This document shows, piece after piece, positions 52,951 to 64,000 of a DNA stretch of 64,000 nt. This DNA is from Podarcis erhardii (lineage: Eukaryota): assembly GCA_964252035.1 (NCBI GenBank), contig OZ176204.1. One strand, written 5' to 3'. Both the position numbers and the translations under genes were made by a program. The notes beneath the pieces were generated by a model. That model was not told where the DNA came from, searched no databases, and worked only from the letters and a program-made list of their open reading frames with translations. Each line of letters starts with the position of its first letter. Positions within the stretch are counted from its first letter, which is position 1.

Positions 52951-54566
52951 TCTCCTTCTCCTTCTCCTTCTCCTTCTCCTTCTCCTTCTCCTTCTCCTCT
53001 GTTGTGGCACCTCAGTTCTACATTATTTGGGGAGGATTTATACTACCTTTCAGGGCCAAAGGCCCTCTCAAGGTGGTTCACAATTTAAAACATAAAACAG
53101 CAGCAGTTATAATTATACGTGGAAATATTCCATTAAAAACAAATTAGAAAAGTGAAGGTGTTAAGGCCCATTTTGAAAGAGCCAGAAGGGGAATCAAACA
53201 TACATCCTCCAGGTAGCACTTTCAGAGGGACCCATGTCCTTTTGGCATCAGGCATTTTAGATCTCCTGATTTTTAGACCTTGATTTCTCATTGTGTTTTA
53301 TGCTGCTTTTGGTGCTGCTAGTGTTCAATCATTCTCTTTACTGTGTCTGGAGTGTTTTCAATATGCAAGCTGCTTTCAAGGTCTTTTAGACTAGCTCACC
53401 CAAATCTGGTACCTCTGGGCAGGGGAAAGGCTGTTACAGACTGTAGGCAAAAAATATATGCATGTAACAAATAAATAGACAGCTATTTCTTTAAAGACGC
53501 ATGGTTTTCCCACCCCCACCCCTGCACATACTTTCCACCTCCTACACATGTCCCAAAATTAGTGCTTCCCTTGAAATGCAAATAGCAGCTTCTGAGAGGT
53601 TTCTACTGGGATCTTGGCAGGGAGAAAAAGAGGGAGTGAGTTAAATATCTCCTCCCCACTTGCATGGCTCAGAAACTGCTTGGGTTCTTCTTCCCCCCAC
53701 TTTTACAATACAAAAACAGGTTAATTGCCTATACAGAATTACATCTAGCTTCACCTTCCAGTGGCTTTTAGCTCTTTGTCTCTATTGACATATCAACACA
53801 AAAGTATTTGAAGCCCTGTGGGTGCAAAAGCTACTGAATAGAAAAATTGCTTTGTAGCTAGTTGGACCATTGGTCAATCTAGCTCAGCATTGTCTACTTG
53901 TGGATTGTAAAACTGCAGTCAAGTACAACATTCCTACAGTGGACATGTTAGGGGATGTTTTATACCACTCAGGAGAAGACTTCCTGTTTCCTCCTGAGTT
54001 GGGACAGACTTCCACTACATGTGTCTTGAAGAGGGTGTGGTCTGTTGTACTAGCATGGAGGAGCACATGGCCTCCATGTTCTCATCAGTGTGTGTTTTCC
54101 ATTTTGTATGTTGCTGTGTGTTTGGAGAAGTGACTGCATAGTTGCAGTCACTTGGGACAAACTTCTTTATGGAATAGTTCTAGTTGTTATGTAACCTAAG
54201 CCTGCCTTAAGGGATATGTCTGTGAACCTGAATGAATCTGTGAGTAAACTACTTTTATATTAACGTTAATCAGATTTTTGTGCTTATTCTTTTTAAGAGG
54301 GATTAGAAGGGATTTTACCAGGAAGGAATCTTTAATAGTAAGACTCAGATGAGTCAGCAACAAGCTGATTGCTGCGTAATTTAAAAGGGGTGTGTGTGTT
54401 TGGAACTCTGCTAGAATATGGAACTTGCTAGCGCAAGTTAGGAAGGATATGATTAAATAATATATCCTCTCCTGCCTCCCTAATCATCCCCACACTACTG
54501 TGTTGTCTGGAAGGAGCTGGGGCTCTTTAGTTTCTGACAAGGGTGTTTGTCTTCCCTACGTGCAGC

Positions 54567-54722
54567 TAGAATCAAAGAATCATAGAATTGTAGGGTTGGA
54601 AGGGACCACAAGGGTCATCTAGTCCACCCCCTGCAATGCAGGAATCTTTTGCCCAACGTGGCCCTTGAATCCACGACCCTGAGATTAAGGAGTCTCATGC
54701 TCTACCAGCTGAGCTATGCCAG
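54567..54722 (-). mobile_element. tRNA-Lys-derived SINE with CR1 3' tail
   Basis: Minus-strand head ggcatagctcagctggtagagcatgagactccttaatctcagggtcgtgg, then a CR1 end ending attctatgattct. Confidence 0.85.
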
Positions 54723-54789
54723 AATTAGGTAGACATATGATGGAATGCTGGGCATGGACTAGCACTATAAAACACTGGCAGCGTTGCCA

Positions 54790-55526
54790 TTTCCGTTCCC
54801 AACCTTCAAGTCTGTTTTCCGATTTACTTAAGGACTCCTATAAATCCAGATGGCTCTAACTCATACACACCAAAATTAGATCTATTAGTATTGGCTTGGA
54901 ATTATTGTATAATTCTAGTGAGCAATATATTTATCGCAATATCCAAATTAGATTAAGGGATATTGAAAAACAAAACATTGAGTCAGCTGTAAATTAAATC
55001 TGCTCCCCCAAGTTCTATGGTTTAAATACAACTGATAACAGTATCACGTATATCTCAAAGTTATAATTCCAGCCCAATGCAGGGCATTGATGTTAGCCCG
55101 ACTGAATGTTTTCCCCTCAGCTTTTGTTAACGACAGATATTTAAACATCCCTAGAAATGATAGACATTGCGGACGTTATTTGAATGTGCTGGACATGTAG
55201 AACATATTCTTTTCTACTGTCCACTGTACAACCAGCTACGTAAATGTGTTTTATCCCCCATTTTGGGTAGTTTAACATCATGGCACAATGAAAATATCAG
55301 ATTCTATCTGTCTGATATTACCCCAGAGGTAACTGCAAGGGTGGCTGAGGTTCTGTCAATAGTAGTATCCCTTAGAGTGGTGAATAGCATGGTTTAGCAG
55401 GAAAACATTCCAGTGAAAATTTCTGTTAGTATATATCTTATATGGCTGCTTCTTTGTATATATTTTTAAATTTTTGTATATGGATGTTTTTAGATGGGCT
55501 ATATCTGTAATGCCTAATAAAGGTTT
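54790..55526 (+). mobile_element. Non-LTR retrotransposon 3' end with C-terminal Cys/His motif (clade uncertain)
   Basis: Frames give ALMLARLNVFPSAFVNDRYLNIPRNDRHC and ECAGHVEHILFYCPLYNQLR; ends cctaataaaggttt. Confidence 0.65.
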
Positions 55527-55633
55527 GGAGACAGAAAGAAAAGAAAGAAAGCTATGCCAGAGATTAAAGCCAGGCCCCTTCTGTATGCAAAGCAGATGCT
55601 CTGTCACTGAGCTACAACTACCCCAGAGGTAAA

Positions 55634-56002
55634 GGACCCCTGGATGGTTAAGTCCAGTCATAGGCGACTATGGGGTGCGGCGCTAATCTCGCTTTTCAGG
55701 CCAAGGGAGCCAGCGTTTGTCCACAGACAGCTTTCCGGGTCTTCTGGCCAGCATGACTAAACCGTTTCTGGCACAACAGGACACCGTGACAGAAGCCAGA
55801 GTGCACAGAAACACTGCTTACCTCCCCGCCACAGTGGTACCTATTTATCTACTTGCATTGGCATGCTTTCGAACTGCTAGGTTGGCAGGAGCTGAAACAG
55901 AGCAACGGGAGCTCACCCTGTTGCATAAATTTGAACCGTTGACCTTCTGATCGGCAAGCCCAAGAGCCTCAGTGGTTTAGACCACAGCTCCACCCGTGTC
56001 CC
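55634..56002 (-). mobile_element. Sauria SINE, full length
   Basis: Reverse complement matches the 33995 family. 12-bp TSD cccagaggtaaa at 55622-55633 and 56005-56016. Confidence 0.9.
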
Positions 56003-57459
56003 ATCCCAGAGGTAAACAAAGAAATTGTTAAATGAAAGTTTCATTTATATGGAGGGGGGAATGCAAGCATTAAAAAACAATCATTTAACTAATCACCTTT
56101 GTTGTTGGCATTCTTCTGTCTCCACAGGAGAACCAAAGTTGGACAAAATACCCCAGAAGGAGCACAACATGTTCCCACCAGGGGTACTACCCTTCTGCTA
56201 ACATCCCTTATACCACACTAGTCAACTACTTTAGGTTTTCACTGCTGTAGGACACAGTCTAAAGACGTAAAAGTTACAAAAAGCCTTGCTTGGAGCATCT
56301 GTTTTGAACATCTCACTCTGCTTGCAGCATTTATTTTGAAGATCTCACTCAGGAACCTTGATCAGCTAAGACAGCAAAAAAACAACTCAGAGCTGTTAGA
56401 AAACCCTATTCCTTTCCTAGGAATGGAATTATTTGATTCAAAGTGATGTCACTTCTGCCCATATGGGGCACTGTAAATCACAAGCACTTAGCACTATCCT
56501 TAGGTCTATATGAGAAGAGCATCTCTACTAAAATCCTTTTTCCTCAGTAGATCAGAAAGCTACCTTGGCATAGTGGGTTTTCTCTGGCATTGAAATACCG
56601 TTGTGTCACTGTTTCATTACACTGGCATATGCACTCTGCTGGCACCACACCACCAGTCAAACAGAAAAAAGAACGGTGTTTGGGGCATGGCAGGGGAAGA
56701 ACAGAGCTTAGTGGAAATCCTATGCTTGTTCAGGTCGGTTTGAAATCGAGTTCCAGAATAAAGCCATGGCTGCCAAACAGGAGGTTAAATGAATTATGCC
56801 CATTGAAAACAATGCAGGGCTACAGACAGCTCCCCTGCTCTCTTGCCGTGGCCACAATGGAGGATAACAAAAAATCCTACTGAATCATCAACAAATCATA
56901 GGACACCATCAGCATTAGCTGGTGGATCAGCTGCTAAGAGTTTCTATCCCTGGCCATGAACTTCTGGGCAAAAGAACTGAGAAGAAACCAATGCACACAC
57001 AAAGTTATTAGATTGCACATAGGCATGTACATTTGCATGCAATGACAGTACATACGGATAGGAGACAATGGCGCATCACTGGCAAATACAGGTGCTGCTG
57101 ATTTCTGCTGCCATTTTACCAGCACCAGGCAATGCGCATGGGTGCATGCAGGAGCGCATGTCACAGCAAAATAGAGACAAGGTGGTCTAAAGGAAGGGAT
57201 GCAGAGAAACGGCTCACAGCTGATGAAATGTTTGCATAAAAGTACCCTTCTCTTTCCCCACTTCCCCCCTATGATTATGCCTTAATGATCCCACACATTG
57301 TGATTGAAATCTGTGATCTTTAAAAAGAGAGGAAGAAAAAAGGGGGTGGGGAACAAAACATTAAAATGTTGCATTTTTAACTCTTTAAAAAGCAGTGTAT
57401 AGTGTGTTGTTGCTTCTTCATAACCTACACAGCTAATAGAAAGATTACCTAGCTACATT

Positions 57460-57529
57460 TCCCCGAGGCGCCCCCTGCAACTGCTTGCTACCAACTGTCA
57501 GCCTCTTTCATGAAGATTCCATCTGACTC

Positions 57530-57578
<49 letters not shown>

Positions 57579-57730
57579 CTAATCCGCCAAAAGGCGGGAG
57601 GGAATTACTTGGATGGCGGAGCTTGCTCAGCCACCAACAAAGAGGCACTTTTTGGTTGGCTTTGTCTGAATCTGGCCTTCATCTCTGTTTCTAGGGCAAC
57701 CAGGAAGTTCACCTCCTGGCCCGGATGTAG
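57460..57730. promoter_or_regulatory. Candidate distal enhancer/promoter motif cluster
   Basis: CTCF-like gcgccccctgc at 57468-57478, E2F-like ccgccaaaa/ggcgggag at 57584-57600, aacaaag at 57636-57642, X-box GTTTCTAGGGCAAC at 57687-57700, ETS CAGGAAGT at 57701-57708 and CCGGATGT at 57721-57728. Confidence 0.5.
57532..57576. repeat. (CA)n microsatellite
   Basis: Direct reading. Confidence 0.95.
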
Positions 57731-59308
57731 CAAAGGATGCAGCCGGAGAGCAGGGGAGGGGGAATGGCAGAGAGAGAAACTGTTCAGCCAGCCTCCAGCT
57801 GAATAGTGTTGGGGGGGGGGGGAGAGAGCTGTGGGTTAAATTGTCATAAGAGGACAATTTAAATTGTCATAAGAGGATGGGTTTTAAGAAATCTCTCTTC
57901 ACACTCAAAATCTCCCTCCCCACTTAGTTAAATTCCTTGAAGAATCTCAAACCAACTTCCTCCAGCTTGCCTTTGCTTCACATTTGCACCCAAAATGGAC
58001 TTATCCAAACTTGCCTTGTGGATATGTGTGTGTGTGCATGCGTGCCTGACATGGAACAAACAGGCCTTTGTTCGGCAGAGATCCACTGGCTTTGTCAATT
58101 ATCTCAAAAGGCGAGGCTGTCCCTTTAATAATCATCTCCACCCAGACCTTAGGAAGGAAGTTCCACACATGTTCATTGCAGAGAGCCAGCCAGTCACTGT
58201 GCCAAACTAGAGCCACATGCGCATCAGCGAGGAAAAGGAGAGCAGGATGCAATGTGAATGGGAACCAGGAAAAATCAGCCTCACTGGCTGAATAGTTAGT
58301 TACACAAGGCACTGGCACACTTTTTTTTTTCATCTGCTGAATTCTGAATAAATTACTGTGAAAATGTTTAGGCTGACAAGAGATCAAGAAAAGTAGGAGA
58401 GGCACAATGTTCTCAGTAGCTAAGAACGGATCCATAACTAAGAGTAGAGGATAAGGAGGAGGAACCATGGGGAGGAAGAACAAACTATCTGCATATGAAC
58501 ACCTTGATTCCAAACACCCAGGATCTTTGAACTGTGTTCCCTTTGGTTTCTCGCTTTCGCCAAAACACTTCCAAAGTTTCTAACTGAGTGATGAGTGTTA
58601 GGGACATTCTCCGTGCCATTCCTGCTGTTCAAATAAAGCCAGTGCTCTAGCATGCAGTAGATTTTGGATTCAGGTAGTCCAGCCTTTCTCAGGCATGCGA
58701 GACATAACACAGGCCTGCCTGCAGCACACACTGAAGGATTCTGGTCTCTGCACATGGTAAGCAGCAGCACATTACAGCCAAAGATGGTTTCTCTGGGCCT
58801 TGGCCATTCCAGTTCGTGTCATGATCTTACATGTGGTTTACAGATGTTAGATAGCATTGTTGTGGAGTGTGGAACACTGTTAGAAACAGCTCTGGCTTGC
58901 TCCAGAGGCAGCCACATCAACACTTGCATAATCTCTGGAGATACTCTTTTTTTTTTTTTGTTCTAAGTCTAAGAGTTGGTATAGCATACCAGAGCCAGTC
59001 AGTCTCTGGTTCAAATCTCACCAACACCACAAATTCACCAGCAGAGCAATCCTACACTTGTCTTGCACATTCTGGGCTGGGACAGGGCCACAACTAAATC
59101 CAATTGCTCTGGTAAAGCAAAATGTTATATAGTATTTGTGCTGGTAGGAAACTGCCACTTGACATGAGCAAAAAGGGATTGAGCTTTGGGGAGGACTTCA
59201 GGGGAGAAGCAGAGTGCCACTCCCTACATAGGATGGGCAAATATTACTGGAATTATTCCATGACCTAAGCTTAAAGCTGGATCTCTAATTGTACACATCA
59301 GGCGTGAC

Positions 59309-59710
59309 CCTTAAATGGCTCAGGATCGCAAGGACCACCTCTCCCCATATAAACCGCCCTGGACTCTGCATTCATCATCTGAGGCCCATCTTCATGTGCC
59401 TCCTCCACACAACATCCAGAAGGTGTCAACATGAGAATGGGCCTTTTCTGCAGTGGCTCCTCACTCTCCCCAAGGAGGTTTACCTGGCACCTTCCTTATA
59501 TATATTTTAGGTGCTAGGCAAAAATGTCCCTTTTCAAGCAGGCCTTGGGCTGATTAATATTCTATAACCTTTCAAATGTGTTTGTGGGAGGGGGTGGTTA
59601 TTGTTTTGGTGTCTCTGTTTTAACTACTCATTTGTGCTTTTGTCTTGCATTTCTAGCTTGTGAACTGCCCTGAGATCTTTTGATGAAGGGTGGTATAGAA
59701 ATAAATAAAT
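59309..59710 (+). mobile_element. Older L2 3' fragment
   Basis: Homologous to the reverse complement of 35082-35490. Confidence 0.75.
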
Positions 59711-61005
59711 GTCAACCAATGGGGGGGACCAGGAAGCTAGGCTGAGGGGTGCAGACCAAAAGAGCACTTGACCCCCTCTCAGGTGCTCACCAGCAAACTT
59801 GGAGTGAGCAGCAAAGCAACCACAGGAACCACCTGTTGTGATGACTCCTTAACACCCCAGCATTTCACTTTGTCTTCCCACAGCCGTTCAGAATGTGCAG
59901 AGGTGGGTTATTCCCCACCCCTAGTGCCATGTGAGGCCTAAAAGACCAGCAGCAGTGGGAAAGCAACTGTTGCCTCCTGCTTTCTTTTCTTTCTTTTTTA
60001 AACCCAGGCTCCTTTGTCCCTCCAACAGATGGTCATGTTAAGTAGTCCAGCAGGACCTCCAGGTCCTATGAATGTAAGAAGGCAAGTACAAGGGCGGGAA
60101 ACCTTTTGCTGCCCTATGCTGTGTCCATTGCTCCATCTAGCTCAGTCTGGTCCAGGACTGGCTGGTGCCCATTGGGGCTGATGGAACTGAAGGCAGGGAG
60201 GCCAACACTAGGTGGAGGCAAAGCCAATGACTGGTGGAATTCTACTTTCCCCCTGCTCCTCTCCCCAGCTGATTTCTACTAGGCCAACGCTGAGACTAAG
60301 GAGAAGGAAGCAGATAACAAGGGCATCCTTTTGGATTAATTGTAATTATGAAGGCTGGTAGGCTTGAAATAATCAAGGTGGTGAGGCAATGTCCCATTTG
60401 CCCTAGTAGATCAGTCTCCACTGGTCTTGTCTACACAGACTGGCAGTGATTCTCCAGGATTTCAGACAGGGGGATCTACTTAGGACTCAGATATACAGCT
60501 GCAAATATAATGTCTTAAGTGTGCTTTATGTGCATGATACAAATGTGACACTAGATGGTGCTGATGAGGTAATGGCAAATTCCATATATATTTTACAACT
60601 TTTAAAAAAGCATTTTCATAGTGTTTTTTAAATATCTGTGTAGATTCAGCCCTAGAGAGGCTAGAGATTGAACCCAAAACCTTCTGCATACAAAGCAGAT
60701 GCTTTACCACTGACCTACAGTCCTGCCCTTGGCTAGCTGGGCAGGGCCAGAGGCAAAAGTGTGTGGGGTATGAGCTGTGACTCCTACCTTTGTGCTGTAG
60801 GCTACATTCCAGTCACGCACAAGTCAGAGGTTTCTACCAACACACACTTATCTCTTCATCCTCCATGCAAGCAAGTAAGAGGCATTATCACAGTTCGAAG
60901 ACAAATTCAGGTTGAACATCTAAGGTGGATTTCGTACACTTGCGTATCAAACGGGCTTCCAAAAGCAATTGTACTGGATAGCAATTGCTTGACCCAGTGT
61001 AATGG

Positions 61006-61340
61006 CATGGTGGGGCTATACCACTCACCTGACCTCCTTCCGACTGGGTTGCTATTGTATCCTGGGATGGGGAGGGGTGAGGTGGTGGTAAGATGCAAAC
61101 ATGTATTTTCTTTTTCTTTTGTATTTTCTTTTGTTGTAAATATGTATGTTTTCTAATTTGTACTTAATAAAAAATTAAATTTAAAAAAAAAAGATGCAAA
61201 CATGCTTTCAGGAGCATCAAGTTTGTTCCACCAGTGCTCTTGCACCATGCTGAGTTTGCCACAGCCTCGCCCCTCCCTGTGCCAGTATGTGCAGCGATTC
61301 AGCCTTAGGGAGGTCAGGTGAGTGGCACAGCCCCACCATG
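61006..61340. mobile_element. Foldback (long inverted repeat) element, family unknown
   Basis: catggtggggctataccactcacctgacctcc (61006-) is the inverse of ggaggtcaggtgagtggcacagccccaccatg (-61340), and the homology continues inward. Confidence 0.65.
61104..61190 (+). mobile_element. 87-nt L1-type 3' stub (TPRT product)
   Basis: T-rich body, AATAAA at 61166-61171, A-tail, perfect 14-bp TSD aagatgcaaacatg (61090-61103 and 61191-61204). Confidence 0.85.
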
Positions 61341-61472
61341 TTGTCTGCTACTGTGTATAACCTCACTGCAGACAAATCAAAACGAATGTTCTGTAAGCAG
61401 CTGATAGCCTATAACCACCCCACAAACTTTATGCAAACAAATCAGGATAAATACTCCTCTGGAATCCACTTC

Positions 61473-61626
61473 CGTATAGCTCCATCTGTAGAACATGAGT
61501 CTCTTAATCTCTGGGTTGCGGGTTCGAGTCCCACACTGGGCAAAAAGATTCCTGCATTGCAAGGGGGTTGGATTAGATGACCCTTGTGATCCCTTCCAAC
61601 TCTACAATGCTATGATTCTATTATTC
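61473..61626 (+). mobile_element. tRNA-Lys(CTT)-derived SINE with CR1 3' tail
   Basis: tagctc...gtagaacatgagtctCTTaatctctgggttgcgggttcgagtccc, then attcctgcattgc...ctatgattct. Confidence 0.85.
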
Positions 61627-61924
61627 TGGCTGATTCTGTTTAACGTGTCTTTATGCATTTAAGCAATAGGTGAGGCAAACTGGTCTGTTGAATTTACTAT
61701 AGTTTCTAAATTCCAGTTCAATGCCTGGAAGCCTGCTTAGACTAGATAATCTCCTAGTTTACAACAAGAAGAGTCAAACTAGCCATGATGTTAATTGCAT
61801 GAATGTCCTTAAGGTGCGCTTTGATATACATAGCAGCTGCAGGGAGGCCTGGGAAGGCTCCAGACCCTGTGGGTGGGTGTGGAGGGGAAGCTTAACTCTT
61901 TCTCTGCCTGCCACAGTCCTTACA

Positions 61925-62106
61925 GGGAAAGGCCATAGCTCAGTGGAGACCATGTGCTTTGAGGGCAGATGGTCTCTGGTTCACTTCCCAGTATCGCCAG
62001 TTAGGGCTAGGAATGTTCTCTACCTGAAGCCCTGCAGAACTGCAGTCAGTCAGTGTAGACAATACACGGGCCAATGGGCCAACTCAGTATAAGGCAGTTT
62101 CCTATG
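61925..62106 (+). mobile_element. tRNA-derived SINE (Squam2-like)
   Basis: gggaaaggccatagctcagtgg head and cagtcagtgtagacaatac...cagtataaggcagtttcctatg end. Confidence 0.75.
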
Positions 62107-62115
62107 ACAAAATAA

Positions 62116-62482
62116 GGTAAAGGTAAAGGTACCCCTGCCCGTACGGGCCAGTCATGTCCGACTCTAGGGTTGCGTGCTCATCTCGCTCTAGAGGCCGTGA
62201 GCCGGCGCCGTCCGGAGACACTTCCGGGTCACGTGGCCAGCGTGACAAAGCTGCAGCTGGCGAGCCAGCACCAGCGCAGCACACGGAAATGCCGTTTACC
62301 TTCCCACTATAAAGCGGTACCTATTTATCTACTTGCACTTAGGGGTGCTTTCGAACTGCTAGGTGGGCAGGAGCTGGGACCGAAAGATGGGAGCTCACCC
62401 CGCCGCGGGGATTCGAACCGCCGACGATACGATCAGCAAGTCCTAGGCACTGAGGTTTTACCCACAGCATCACCCACGTCCC
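62116..62482 (-). mobile_element. Sauria SINE, full length, CpG-rich (young)
   Basis: (TTTACC)n tail on the minus strand. 13-bp TSD tatgacaaaataa at 62103-62115 and 62484-62496. Confidence 0.92.
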
Positions 62483-64000
62483 TTATGACAAAATAACCCC
62501 TCCCAATTTGTGACTAAAATTTCAAGGGATGGTCTCATTTGCAGCACTGGGCCCCCACCTCTGCAACAAAAGGCACACAAAAACCCCATGTTAATTATGT
62601 TCATGCATTTAATGTCAAGTCTTGTTTGACTCTGAGACTGTAATCATATGCACACTTACATTGGAAGCGTAATTAAACACAGTGAAACTTACATGCATAG
62701 GTTTGTGCTGTTCCATGCACACTTACCAGGGAGTAAGTCCGACTGAAATCAATAGGATATGTTTCTGAAAGCATGTTCAGTGTCATGAGTTTGTGCTGCC
62801 TTCCTAGTTTCCAACAGAGGCATAGAAGCCTTGCAGTGAATTGCAGACTCAGTCTAGCGTATCCTAGGATAACACCATCAGAAACCGTGTTCTAAGAAAA
62901 GCAAATGAAGCAAAGAACATTCATTGCCAGATAGGTGCTAATTAATATTCCTGTGTATTTTTTCCAAGAGCTGATGAGGTATCTTGAAAAGCTCCCTGAA
63001 ACGGTGTTCCATATTTATAAGCTTGCAAGTATCTGAGTTGATGACATCTAAATATACTTCTTGTAATTAAAGCTCTGTGCTTAATTTCCCAACAAACCAC
63101 GTTTCCCTGTAATATATACATATCCTGAGAGCTTTAAGGAGAGGTGAACCAATATAGCCTGCTGGAATCTGGGAACTTTTGTGGAACTCAACTCGTTTCA
63201 CATTTTAGGAGGACAAGCATTGCCCAGGCTGCAGCTGTTGGGAAAGCATGGTGTGTGCTTCGAATGAGCAGAAGGAAGAAGACAGAAACGCTCTGATCCA
63301 GTGAAGGTAATGCAAATACAGAAGGTGGCCAGTGGAAAAAGATTCGCAGTTCCCAGCACCGAATCTCAGCATACAGTAGTGGGAATGAAGGCTGAGAAGT
63401 TTCTGGCATTGGGTTGGGCACTGTACATGCAGTGGCAAACATGTGGCTGGGGGCAGTATCTGCTTTGACTGCACCAGTTCCTGTCTAGGGAGGAAAACTA
63501 AATCTGGGATACATTCTTTATTCCCACCCTATTAAATGGGTGGGGAGAATTCAGCCTTCTTTCACCTTCAGAGAGCTTATCAGTTCTGTCACAGCAAACA
63601 ATAGGGACGGCCCAATACATTTTGTTGTCTGAAATGAAGGACAAGATGGCACCCTGCCTTCTGCCATAACTGTCCCATGTATAGAAACTGACTGGACTGG
63701 CAGCTGAATCTTACATTGACCCTGGCAACCGGATAGACTCCTCCACCCCACCCAATGGTGCCTGGTGCATGCTGGGATCAGTGAGGCAAAAAGCAAGAAG
63801 GCCAACAGTAGAAGTAGCCAAAGCCAAGGACAGACAGAACCAAGTAATTCTGATTGTGTCCCCATCTTCCTCCCTAATACATGGGCAAAACTGAGACTAA
63901 GGAGGAGAAAGCAATCTGCAAGGGCTGTCCCTTTAGTTAAGGAGGCAGGAGAGCTTGGAGGAATGAAGATTGAGCCCACTGCCCCATCTGCCCTATTGGA

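Noticed and set aside
52712-53095. ORF with a poly-leucine run suggesting a signal or transmembrane protein
   Set aside because: The Leu run is the (CTCCTT)n microsatellite after an L2 end.
61473-61545. tRNA-Lys(CTT)-like sequence (also 54650-54722 on the minus strand)
   Set aside because: Many stem mismatches and direct fusion to a CR1 3' tail: these are SINE heads, not tRNA genes.
63188-63442. Minus ORF ending ...KCETS* as a possible TRIM8 C-terminus
   Set aside because: Does not match the recalled TRIM8 end (...KHYVTS), and the rest of the ORF shows no similarity.

Overview
Vertebrate genomic DNA from a squamate reptile, probably a lacertid lizard (inferred from Sauria-type SINEs, a BovB LINE end, tRNA-Lys/CR1-tail SINEs and lizard-type L2, CR1, Penelope and MITE families). 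The only protein-coding gene I can support is a complete, intact ARL3 (ciliary ARF-like GTPase, 182 aa) on the + strand. Its six coding exons are 832-834, 9250-9393, 11374-11490, 16788-16838, 18119-18304 and 29682-29729. It has a CpG-island promoter with an RFX X-box that is probably bidirectional (SFXN2 is head-to-head with ARL3 in other vertebrates, but no SFXN2 coding sequence is visible here), and a probable long 3'UTR to about 33.1 kb. The introns and the 31 kb downstream are transposon-rich non-coding DNA, and nearly all other ORFs in the track are LINE fragments or noise. I found no convincing new multi-gene system. The most interesting observations are: (i) two Penelope-derived hammerhead-ribozyme relics in the sense strand of the ARL3 pre-mRNA; (ii) a 1.9-kb L1 derivative that keeps both ends and a perfect 15-bp TSD but lacks most coding sequence; (iii) a Sauria SINE + Tigger-like MITE + BovB composite bounded by one 8-bp direct repeat; (iv) a distal X-box/ETS/E2F/CTCF-like motif cluster at about 57.5 kb; (v) three in-frame upstream ATGs that could form an ORF overlapping the ARL3 start. 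Repeat family names come from recalled consensus sequences, not from a database search.
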